Assembly (NCBI GenBank): GCA_030324005.1
Contig: JARDVH010000073.1
Location: forward strand, 42,176,841-42,240,840
Direction: 5' to 3'
Source: Negaprion brevirostris
Taxonomy: Eukaryota
DNA length: 64,000 nt
Below are positions 38,042-48,332 of the stretch, piece after piece. Position 1 is the first letter of the stretch, and each line of letters starts with the position of its first letter. The notes below the pieces were generated by a model. The model saw only the letters and a list, made by a program, of their open reading frames with translations, was not told the origin of the DNA and made no database searches. Made by a program: the position numbers and the translations under genes.

Positions 38042-39412
38042 TCTTACACATGACTGATGTCATTGATGCATCATCATCAACATCATACTTAAATATCTCC
38101 ACTCTTATACTACGGGGGGAGGGGGGTTGGTGGTGGTGGTGGTGATCTTAACAAAAAAATTTTAAGTCCTGAATGAGCGTGAAAACAGGAGAAATACAAG
38201 CTTTTTTTCTGGCCTACTTAAAAATCGAATCTTAGCTGACACGATCAAAAGAATCTTGCCAAACTCGGAATCTGGGAGTGGGCGGGGCCTAACCTGCTTG
38301 AAAGCAAACTGATAGCAAATAGCTGCATGTGCAGATTTCTATGGCCCGGACCGATGGCTCCCACCCTCCCTCACCATCACCCGCTGATTTCTCAGCTCTC
38401 TCGCTATTGCAAAGAATCCACAGGATGATGTAAAAATTAACAAAATTCCAGCAAGTCTTTCAGGGATTTCCCAATGGTAGTTGGAAAGAAATATCTTCTT
38501 TCTGTAGGCAGCGGTGAAGGCTGCACTCTACGCTGCATGAGGCTGTTCCACCGGGGACAATGGGAAGAGTTGTCCAGGAGGATTTTCTGCATTGGGATGG
38601 ATTTCAACAATAAAATGAAGATGAATTTCCTGAAGATGAATAACTCGGAAGGATTCTGCAGCAGCTTCTATGCTAATACCCAACTTTAGAGGGAAAAAGA
38701 CCTTCAACTGGCACTTGAGGTATGGGCTTCAATTGACTTTTACTGCTGGAAATAGGTGCTACCACTTCTTTGGCAGCGTGATCCTCCATGGACTTTAACA
38801 TAGAAGGCATTCTCTCTGGAAGACTCTTAATCAACAACCAGTGATACAGTACATAGGTTCAGTGGAAGCAAGTCCTGAATGCTGCTCATTAGAAATACAG
38901 CAGACACCCTGAAAAAGGCATGAGAGACTTCATATGGTGCATCCATCAATAGATGAAAGACGGACCTATCTCTAGGACCTCATCCTCCAACAGACTGCTT
39001 AGTGCTGCGACTACTTCTTCCTCAGGTCAGGTCCAACTGGTCTTCATGCAGCTGGTCACTGTCCGCCACAGTGCCTTCTGTATCTGNNNNNNNNNNNNNN
39101 NNNNNNNNNNNNNNNNNNNNNNNNNNNNNNNNNNNNNNNNNNNNNNNNNNCTGGAGTCTCGCATGGAGTCTAGTGCCTGATGTCTGTGTGATAGAAAGGA
39201 ACTCACTGATGATTGAATAAACTTCCTTAGCTGCTGAAAGCTGAAGCTCTGCTGCTTCTAAATAAAAGATTGAAGATTGTTCCATGAAATTCTGGGCAAT
39301 ATTTGTTTTTTTTCCAGAATGCCTAGAAATATGCCAACGTCCCCAATCAACAAGGGTGTGTGTTGATTGCAGACAGTGGAGAGAATTACCAATCTGGTGC
39401 TCCTTATAACGA

Positions 39413-39603
39413 AGATGTGGAGATGCCAGCGTTGGACTGGGGTGCACAGTAAGGAGTCTCAAAATACCAGGTTAAAGTCCAACAGGTTTATTTGAAATCG
39501 TGAGCTTTTGGAGCCCTACCTCTTTATCAGCGCTCTGAAAACATGTGATTCCAAATAAACCTGTTGGACTTTAACCTGGTGTTACGAGCCTCCTTACTGT
39601 GCG
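39413..39603. mobile_element. Fold-back (inverted pLTR pair) PLE remnant
   Basis: Left arm gatgtggagatgccagcgttggactggggtgcacagtaaggagtctc...ccaggttaaagtccaacaggtttatttg is the reverse complement of right arm caaataaacctgttggactttaacctggtgttacgagcctccttactgtgc; decayed duplication cttataacgaag / cttgtaacaaag. Confidence 0.8.
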
Positions 39604-42354
39604 CTTGTAACAAAGAGGAGCAATTATCCTGCCTTTGGTTAGAAGGTTTGTTATACCCGGATCATGTAATTTGATGTCAATGAATGAGCGGTATTGGCTG
39701 AAACCAATCTAGATTGTCTCCTAATATATTACTACATTTTAAAAGGTGGCACTGACCTGCTGTAACCAACCAATAGTCACAACCAAGACTCTTATCTTCC
39801 TCCATAAATGCTATAATTTTGTTTCTGACTTGATTTCTAATGTCTTGGATGGAGCATGTTTCATTAATATTTTCTTGCTGTGACTAAATTTGTTGGATTT
39901 ACAGAAACACTCGCTGTCCAGTTTTCGCACAATGGAAATATTCTGTAGCTCGTGCTAGGCAGTCTGGTATCTATGTTGATTCTTCACATCAAGCATAACA
40001 GAAGCACCTCAAAGTGGCTATCGCTATGGAGTTTCACACCCTTTTGTCCAGTTTGACAGGCTTTCATGTCGGTGGAGCGGCTTCCCATGGGTATACCCAG
40101 TCAATGCAGTGATGTGAAGCCTCAGAGTTGTGCTGAGCTGTAGCCTGGTTACCTTCTCGGTGCTCAGTCTGCATTGTGTTTTGCTTATTTTGATCTAAAG
40201 TAAAGTCAAACTATGTGTTGAAAGCTTTGAGAATGGTGTCAAAGTCTGCAATAGACTCCTCCACCCCTGCCTCAGAAGAACATCACTTCCTACTGGACCT
40301 ACAATATAACAAATTATATTCGGACAGGGATTGGCCATCAGGTACGGTCTTCATTTCCTCACTGTTTGCCTTCGCCTTCTGTAGAGTTATCACTCTCTGT
40401 CATTCCGCCAATAACACCAATGTATTTTTTTTACACTGATATCTCCACTGCTGCCACCATGTTTAAGATGGTCTTTCTGAACTGTCATTCTTGATATGCA
40501 TCTTCCCGTGGACAGACGGCAATCATACTTTAATACTTGCTCAACATTTTATTAGGATATATCTAAACAGATTACAGAGCAGCAGTGTTGCTTAGCTTGT
40601 TCCAATCTCTTGCTCAACAGAGACTGAGGCTAACACATGACTGGCTGATGGTGACGTTATATCATAATTTATGTCATATATTAATGTATCTATTTTGCTA
40701 ATCTTTATACCACACAAAATAATCTCACCTTCACAGCTGACATCTTTGTGGTAGAATTATTTATATCAGCTCAGAGATGCAGGGGAATGTACATTTATAA
40801 AACCCCCATGTACTATAAAGCATATTATTTCAGTCAGAGGCATAGTAATGGCATCACTGCCGACTTCAAAAGATTTTGTCGCTTTTGTTTAAATCTGGTA
40901 CCAAATGAAATGGATATCTTGGTGTGCAGCAACAAGCAGGTAATCAAAGACAATTACACTGAAAAATATTAGCGAATTCAAAACAGTTCACATTCTTCAC
41001 TTTTAATCTAACTTTTCAGATATCAAAATAACTGACAATTGGATTAAGACAGAAGTTAAACAAGAGAAACCTTAAAGGAGTATTTTTTTTTAAATGTGGA
41101 AATTATGAAGAAATTTGTCAAATATGAAGTTAGCTCCTCAGTGCATTTAGCAGAAATGATGAAGTTTAATAGATTGTTAAAATCCTATTTACACCTCATT
41201 CAACAAGGTGCAACGTTACAATGGCTTTTACAACAAGACTGACAATGCAAGAGTGGAAGTTCTCATCAAATAACACAATTCTCGCTGATTGCAGCTTAGA
41301 GATGCCTCTGCAGTGAACCACTGACAACACATCTGGGTTTTCACAATATTCTATACATGTGCAGACACCAGAAGTTGCTGTCAATTTCAATGGTGCAGTT
41401 TCCTGTCAACACCACCAAAATATCTAGGCCAATGTTGACAACTAAATATTTTTCTGCAGATCATGAAAACTGCAAATATTTTCTGATACCAAATATAAAC
41501 ACCCCAACAACCATTCGTACAAGTGCTAGAATAAAGTAGAAGGTCAAATATCTCTGATGTTTTGGATGTGGAAGCTTGGCCTCTTCCAAAAATATTGTCA
41601 GAAGATTTTTTGTACAGCATTGCAGCTTGAATGATCTACACTAGGAAATACCAGACAGTGTCACCAACCTGCTTGTTAAGAGGTGAGCAATTTTTTGATC
41701 TGCCATACACCAGTCATGGGAGATTTGCTCCTTGAATAAAGTTTTCTCTTCTTTTCCCTGTCCATATAACTCTTTGGTATAACTCCATTCTCAATATCAA
41801 CCTTCTACTGGTTTAAACAATAGAATGGTAGCAGAACGGAATGTTCACCTGTGCTCTGTTTGCTGCCATTTACAGTCAAATATCACATCAACTTCAGACA
41901 AGGGCAGATGTGCAACTGAATGCAGAAATTTAAATGTTGCTTTAAGGGAAGTGTTACTCTGCAGGCATAATCACACCAATGACTATGTGTTGGGATTCCC
42001 ATTCAAATTCACCAACCTGCACAAAGTTGCTGCATTAGTGAGCAGATACTCACTAAACACAGTGCACAGAACTCAATTCCAAATTTAAGGATTCATGCGA
42101 TAACTTATTACTTCCAATCAACCTCGCTAGAACTGAAGATAAACCATAACAAGTGAGGAGTCTCTTCTCTCTCTCTCTCTCCCCACCCCCCTCCTTTCTG
42201 ATTTAAAACTTACTTTACTCATTCAGGATTTGCATTATTTCCGAATCCTTCAATTTGGTTGGTGAAGGAGATGTGCTGCTGTTTTCCCTAGTCACACAGA
42301 TTCCAGATGCCCAGTAGGGGATCCTGCACCATTCCATCTCAATCTTCTATTGAA

Positions 42355-42765
42355 GAAAATAGGAGGAGGAATGGGCCATTCAGCTCTTCAAGTCTGCTCC
42401 ACCATTCATTATGATCATGGCTGATCATCCAGCTCAATAGCTTGATTCTTTGATCCTCTTCACCCCAAGTGATAAATCTAACTCCTTCTTGAAAACATAG
42501 AATATTTTGGCCTCAACTGCTTTCTGTGGTAGTGACTTCCATAGATTCACTACTCTCTGGGTAAAGAAATTGTTCCTAATCTCAGTCCTAAAAGGTTGAC
42601 TCCATATCCTTAGATTATGACCACGGTTCGAGATACTTGTAATATCAGGAGCATCATTCCTGCATCTACTCTTGCTCCTGTTAACCTTTTATAGGTTTTT
42701 ACGAGATCCCCCCCCTCTTTCTTCTAAACTCCTGCCAATATGATCCTAACTGACTCAATCTCTCA
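42355..42765 (-). mobile_element. CR1-type LINE 3' end
   Basis: Collinear with 14285-14730. Confidence 0.75.
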
Positions 42766-43020
42766 ACATTGCAATATTGTGCTGCTCACAATTTTAGAGA
42801 TATACTAGTTTTAAAGTCAGTCATAATAGATGGCTATATCTCTTACTGTTTCTTCAACTCAAATATGTTTATCCTTGTAGCACAATCTGTTGCACTATTT
42901 TATGTTAACTACTATTGTGTACACAATATACACTTGCATAGTCAATGAATGGCAAGCACAAAAATCCTTGGTCTCAGCATGGATAAAGCAGTCAGGACAG
43001 TTTAAGTTTTATTTTCCCAC

Positions 43021-43164
43021 CTGCCACTTGGACTATTCCATGTCTTGCAACATCATAAAAAGGATGATTGAGATCCAGGGGAGGGCCTCCAGCTAATGGA
43101 GTAGGCGCAGAGACAGAGCTCTCGCCACTCAGTATCCTTTGTTCTTCCTCATCTTTACGAAGTT
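43021..43164 (-). CDS. ARHGAP8: ARHGAP8 exon (144 nt, phase 1-1): ELRKDEEEQRILSGESSVSAPTPLAGGPPLDLNHPFYDVARHGIVQVAG
   Basis: Acceptor tttattttgccag|, donor GCAG|gtggga. HPFYDVARHGI(V/L)QVAG is the ARHGAP8-type start of the BCH domain (ARHGAP1 has DPYYDIARHQIVEVAG). Confidence 0.92.
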
Positions 43165-43629
43165 CTGGCAAAATAAACAAAAGAAACCGTATTGATGTGT
43201 GTCATCACATTCACTCACATTGCTTGGGTTTCTACAGGGGGAAGAACATAGAGATATTTTTTTCACTCCCCTCCCTCCCCCCATTCTCTTTCTATGTTTC
43301 TGAAAGGTTTCCACAGCAACACTGAACAATGGATTCCTGGTACATCAATCATCAGTTTGACGTCATTTTCCTTATTTTCTTAGAAAGCTTAGTTGCACAT
43401 TTATTTCTGTGCTGCATATTAACAGACATTTTCTCCTATGCTGGGGACTGTTTACTTTTGGAAGCTAGGACAGGAGTTAACAGGAATTCATTTGTCTGAA
43501 CTGAAGCTAAATTTACAGGCTTCTGATTTCACATCTTTGTGCACGATAGAATAGAACACCAACTTAGAAAAATAGGACAAGTGTTCAGAGCTACCATCAC
43601 AGGGCAATCAGCTTCTGCTAAGAATGCTA

Positions 43630-43693
43630 ATGTGTGTCATCACGTTCACTCACATTGCTTGGGTTTCTGTAGGGGGAAGAACATAGAGATATT
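43630..43693 (+). repeat. 64-bp local duplicate of 43195-43258, flanked by a 12-bp direct repeat
   Basis: atgtgtgtcatcac(a/g)ttcactcacattgcttgggtttct(ac/gt)agggggaagaacatagagatatt; tctgctaagaat at 43614-43625 and 43695-43706. Confidence 0.9.
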
Positions 43694-44082
43694 ATCTGCT
43701 AAGAATTTCTGAATGGGGAAGAGAGGAACAATAAAAAGAGAAGGGAAGTTCATATTTCACCATTGTCCTGCAATCTAGTGACTGAATTGACAGAAGCCAG
43801 AGTGGCTTGTTTCCTCTTGTTGGGGATACTGAATATTAATCCAACTAGAGAATGGAAAGAAGTTAACACCTCGAAAAAATAAAGACTGAGCATTATCCAC
43901 AATCAAAAAGCAACTGAAAGAGTGGTCTTCTCCAGCTGTTCACTAATAAACATTATCTTTTAACAGCCTCCCTGGTGATGACAACAGTCATGATGTGGAT
44001 GTGCCGGCGTTGGACTGGGGTAGACACAGTAAAAAGTCTGACAACACCAGGTTTTAGTCCAACCGATTTATTTGATAGTAAA

Positions 44083-44122
44083 CTCACAAGCTTTCGAGGG
44101 GACTCCCTCTTCGTCAGGTGAA
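44083..44122 (-). ncRNA. Minimal type I hammerhead ribozyme motif in PLE pseudo-LTR
   Basis: Minus strand UUCAC-CUGACGA-A-GAGGG-AGUC-CCCUC-GAAA-GC-UU-GUGAG: stem I UUCAC/GUGAG, core CUGANGA and GAAA, stem II GAGGG/CCCUC, palindromic AAGCUU in place of stem III, as known for PLE minimal hammerheads. Confidence 0.72.
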
Positions 44123-45074
44123 TGGGGAGTTCTGGCCAGAACTCGAAAGCTTGTGAGTTTACTATCAAATAAATTGGTTGGACTAAAACCTGGTGTTGTC
44201 AGACTTTTTACTCTATTTATAATGCCAAATATCCCGTAAACTTTTACAACCTTCTGAACTTGCCTCGCTACTTTCAAAGATTTGTGTACACACATCCCAA
44301 GACATCCATGTTCTTGCACCCCTTTTAAAGCTGCACCATTTACATTATATTATTTACAAGCAGGCATTAATTAACTATTGGTCAATACTTTTGCCTGAAC
44401 AAACTGATATATCAATTGAAAAAGAAGAATTATACAGGAACCCCTGTATTTAGTTGGGAAAAGCCAACATTAAGTTACATTAGTTGCACTCTCTAGTTCT
44501 CTGAGCAATTGCCCTTTGCAAATTTTAAAATTGGAATTAAATCCAACTTTCAATAAACATCAGAACGATGAATCTGTTCAGATTTGCCCTGAAACTTGCT
44601 GCAAACTCCTTTCAAGGTAGCTGCTGCATCATTCATGATCACCTTTTAACACTCACTCTGGAGCGTTCTGTTCCACATATATTAAAACTTTATCTTTCCT
44701 TGTTTTGCACACCCTGCTATATACTTTTCAGTGCCCCCTTTTTACATTCTTCCACTCAGCATTCATTCTTATAAAACTGTAACTTCATTGGTCAGTGATC
44801 GTTAATTCTTATTAATAGAAAATTGCTTTTCTTCGGATTGTTTCTTCCTAAACATGATGGGAGGCAAAGTGTCTCTACGTTAAATACCTATACACATCTT
44901 TGCGCTCACTAACAGAATGGGACAGATAGTAATTAGACTATCCTTGCAGTTGCATTAAAAGAATAAGAAGCATTAAGAAATAAAAATCATACATCAACAA
45001 AAATGTTTACTCAAGTCAGCTCTCAATTTTTACACTTCTTCTCACTTACTGACCAAGATTAGATGAGAACTTAC

Positions 45075-46029
45075 CATGAATATCTGCCAATTTTTGCCCC
45101 ATCCCATCATAATAAATTCTTCCACCTTGTGCTGTCGGGAAAAAATAGGTCATGAGAGAACTAGGAGGCGAGCAATAGGAATATGAACCAAGTGGCATGT
45201 CTTTGAGGACTTCATGAGGCTTCCAGCAAAACTCCCGAAACCTAGGGTGATCCATGACTTTTTTCTCAATGTCATGAATCGTTAACAAACGCTCTTCTGT
45301 AAAGATATTCCTTTCATCATCACCTCTTGCTAGAAATACAAGCTCCATCCTCCAAAGTGCATGTGTCTGAGTGTCCCCATTAATGTAGGTGTTTGGATAG
45401 TTTTTGTGTGGCACGGCCCTTGCTCGCCTCACTCGATATCCAACTTGGCTCTCCTTGGTCACGGGGTGTGAGAACAAGTCTTTTTTCCAAAGCTGGATTC
45501 GATCAGGCTGTTGGGTTTTAGTTGATCTGTAAGTAGCTTTGACAGGGGAGGCATTGCCTAGCTGTGAAGCGTTACTGTGCAATTTGTGCAGCTCTTCAAT
45601 GATGAGTTTCTCCAAGGTTGCAGATGTGTACTCGGCCAAATCACGTCTGTTCCTCCCCCAAGACCCGAACTGTGATTTTAAAGCAAGGGTCAATGCATCA
45701 AAGCGCTGCGAGGATACGTGGTTACGTATCTCAAAGGCATTGTAGGATATATCTATGTCGAGAGTAGAACAATGCATAAGCATAACAATAGTCAGAATTG
45801 TTGGAATCATGCAACCTATTACTAATATTAAGGTAGTGCAATATGGGTTAGTAAATAACCATCCAACTACTCCCCAAAAGCCTTTAACATTCAAATCATA
45901 GAATAATCTTTTAAAGCTACAATGATATTTCTTGCACAGTCTTTGGCCTCTATAAGAGTTAACCAATACATCATCCTCTTCTTCCTCTAACCATAGATGT
46001 TGCACCAAAGGGTCGTCATCACTTTCCAT
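45075..46029 (-). CDS. DISP3: Orphan first coding exon of Dispatched RND transporter family member 3 (DISP3/PTCHD2): N-terminus, TM1 and start of extracellular domain 1, 318 codons + 1 nt
   Basis: Translation MESDDDPLVQHLWLEEEE...GWLFTNPYC...LDIDISYNAFEIRNH...SQRFDALTLALKSQFGSWGRNRRDLA...FREFCWKPHEVLKDMPLGSYSYCSPPSSLMTYFFPT...IYYDGMGQKLADIH matches recalled vertebrate DISP3 almost residue for residue in conserved blocks. Acceptor cctttcatcag| at 46042, ATG 46029, donor CATG|gtaagt at 45075. No stops or frameshifts. No further DISP3 exon seen in the window. Confidence 0.93.
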
Positions 46030-46424
46030 TTTAGTTTTTACCCTGATGAAAGGTGGGGTTGGTGGGTGGATGAGAAGATTCTTAAACAAAACTGTGAATT
46101 TGATGCTGGAGGCTCCTTTTCTTCANNNNNNNNNNNNNNNNNNNNNNNNNNNNNNNNNNNNNNNNNNNNNNNNNNNNNNNNNNNNNNNNNNNNNNNNNNN
46201 NNNNNNNNNNNNNNNNNNNNNNNNNCCCCTCGAAAGCTTGTGAGTTTACTATCAAATAAATCGGTTGGACTAAAACCTGGTGTTGTCAGACTTTTTACGA
46301 TGACAACAGTCCCAATTTCTCGTCATTGCTTCACACCTCACATGACGGGATTTGTAACATTCTTGTCAAATTCCAAAGGAGTGAACTCACTCAAAGTTAA
46401 ACATTATGCTTGATCTACATTTAC

Positions 46425-46452
46425 CTTTCTCGGCCAACTGCTCCAGATTCAT
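46425..46452 (-). CDS. ARHGAP8: ARHGAP8 probable start exon, coding part MNLEQLAEK(E); whole exon 46425-46530
   Basis: Minus strand: acceptor atatttcttttcag| at 46530, ATG at 46452 in context GGCATGA, phase-1 donor AAAG|gtaaat at 46425. Joins in frame to the next exon (G|AA = Glu) giving MNLEQLAEKELRKDEEE. The 78 nt upstream of the ATG within the exon are also open, so the true start may lie in a further upstream exon. Confidence 0.7.
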
Positions 46453-47699
46453 GCCAGCTCCTTCAATGGCACCAGATGTTGTAGAAATGTCTTTTTCCAA
46501 TGAAGAATCAACCTTTGATCGAGTTAGAAACTGAAAAGAAATATGGATACTTTTAAAAACACATATTTCAATAATTTTCCTCCTATCCAACAATGGGCAT
46601 ATGTGCTGTGAGTCACAATTCATTGCAAGTCTGACTCAAATAAATGAGTCAGTTATTCATAAACACTCCTAGTTTCTTTATTGCTTATTTCATGACCCTG
46701 TTCCGATTCAGATCACACTATTAGATGTTCATCATGCAACTAAATCAAAGTTAGGTGCTCTTTCACACAACCCGAGACTAAAAGAACTATACTTTCCTCC
46801 TATTAGCATAGTACTGTGAATAAAAATGGTCAGATTCCATCTCTCAGCTTAAATATTATAATAAAGTAATTGATATGATGGCTTCATTGTCCTTCGGCTG
46901 GCAGAGGACTGATCGGCACCAAGTGCCAAGAACTAATAGTCGATTAATATCGGAGACACAATTTGTCCGTATTAACTGCTTTTCAAACAGTTGGAAAATA
47001 GTTTGTGCAACTAATGGAAAAAGGTGGACAAGCTCAACAACTTTTCCTCACTTCTTCATGTTCACAGCTAAACCAATCAATGAAAAATAGGCCAGGTGTA
47101 AATTGCTGTGAAGAAATAAAACTTTGAACAGGATACATCCCCAATTCTTTGCAAAGTGTTTCAGTAGTTCCCTGTGGCTGTGCCTCTGGCCAGTGTGCTT
47201 TCTGCTACTGAAAGCTGGTGTCTTTTGAAGTTCAGTCAAAACTTTATGTTGCTAATTTTTGACAACTTTGTTTAAAATATTGATTTGCATTGGAAACATG
47301 AATTTCCCAATGGAAATCCCACTATTATGCAATGAAGGAGGGAAGGGTGTATGCAGAAAGCTAGATTGCAAAATCTTAGTGTAAGGCAGCTTCCTTACTG
47401 CCCCAAACTTTTACCCTCCCTCTCAAACCCTTCTGGTATCCAGAATTGGGAACACTGCCTAAGTGGCTGTCAAACTGCTTTACATAGATTTAGCAAAATG
47501 TCTTGGCTTATGCCTCCATTTAAAAAGCCCATCAAAAGTTCAGCTTTCAGTATGATCCACATTACCACAGCATCCTCTCATTTCTCCAGCAAGTAACCCA
47601 ACAGCAAAGCAGCTGCCTGAAATCAAGTTTGGCGCATTGATACAACACTAAATATAAATTTAAATATGTTACGTTGCAGCACTTTTATGTGCCCTGCCA

Positions 47700-48332
47700 G
47701 TTGTATTTTTGGCAGGGGTGGAGAGGGGAGGACATATAAAATAGGGCAGATGTCTCTCAGCATCTTCCCACCCAACCCCAAACTCACCTCCAGTTGGGCA
47801 GCCATATTTCAATAGATCATCAAGGTTCAATTAAGCTGGTTATCAAGCTAATTGACCATGATACCACATTGTCCACACCATAATGTGGGCTGCTCAATTT
47901 TAAAAATATCTCTTGAAGGGTTGGGTCGTGATTCTATCTTCCAGGATTGTCCTTTGACGATTGGGGTGCATGACCCCCTTTCTTCCTATCTGCCTACAGC
48001 CTTAAACCCGCCCACTCTGCCCCCCACTGAACTTCCTGATCTGCAAACCCTCCTTGTCCAAGGCCATGGACTTACCTGTTTCCAGGGACCCATGGGTCTT
48101 TCTCCTTCTCTTGCCTCTCTAGCAACACCCATCACCACTGGAGCTGCCAGTCAGATTGGCCGGCAATGTTGAGGGCAGGAGTTCCTCCCCAGTGGGGAGT
48201 GAAAGTCTCACATGACCCTTGTTTAGCCTGCCAACATGTTATGCAGCATGGGCTGGCTCGGAGTGAATGCTCTCCATGCTGACATTGCTTCTGCAGGGTG
48301 CAAGCGATCTGCCTCCCTGCAATATTTAGCCC
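47700..48332. mobile_element. Old MITE-like element
   Basis: Termini agttgtatttttg ... caatatttagccc and internal motifs resembling the other GC-rich elements; highly diverged. Confidence 0.4.

Larger units (their letters stand above)
43990..46298 (+). mobile_element. Penelope-like element insertion carrying DISP3 genomic cargo (inverted pLTR+tail / direct pLTR / cargo / gap / direct pLTR)
   Basis: Identical 13-mer GATGACAACAGTC at 43977-43989 and 46299-46311. Inverted pLTR with tail 43990-44135, direct pLTR piece 44136-44211, cargo 44212-46125, 100 N at 46126-46225, direct pLTR 46226-46298. pLTR is homologous to the 3' end of the GIY-YIG-encoding copy at 26433-27389. Confidence 0.8.

Noticed and set aside
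41200-41620. Possible very old LINE RT remnant (PKYLG-like motif) and small ORFs
   Set aside because: Only one short motif visible; too weak to call without a profile search.
6855-43164. Calling the host gene ARHGAP1
   Set aside because: Diagnostic residues ([49 protein letters not shown]) follow recalled ARHGAP8 rather than ARHGAP1.
1-45074. Window as the native DISP3 locus
   Set aside because: I found no downstream DISP3 exon (expected SLELAMTHPEFYWYVDE-like) on the minus strand; all downstream exons are ARHGAP8. Exons hidden in N gaps cannot be excluded.
45046-46089. 347-aa ORF as a complete single-exon gene
   Set aside because: The first 20 and last ~9 residues are intron read-through beyond the acceptor (46042) and donor (45075); homology covers only the DISP3 exon.
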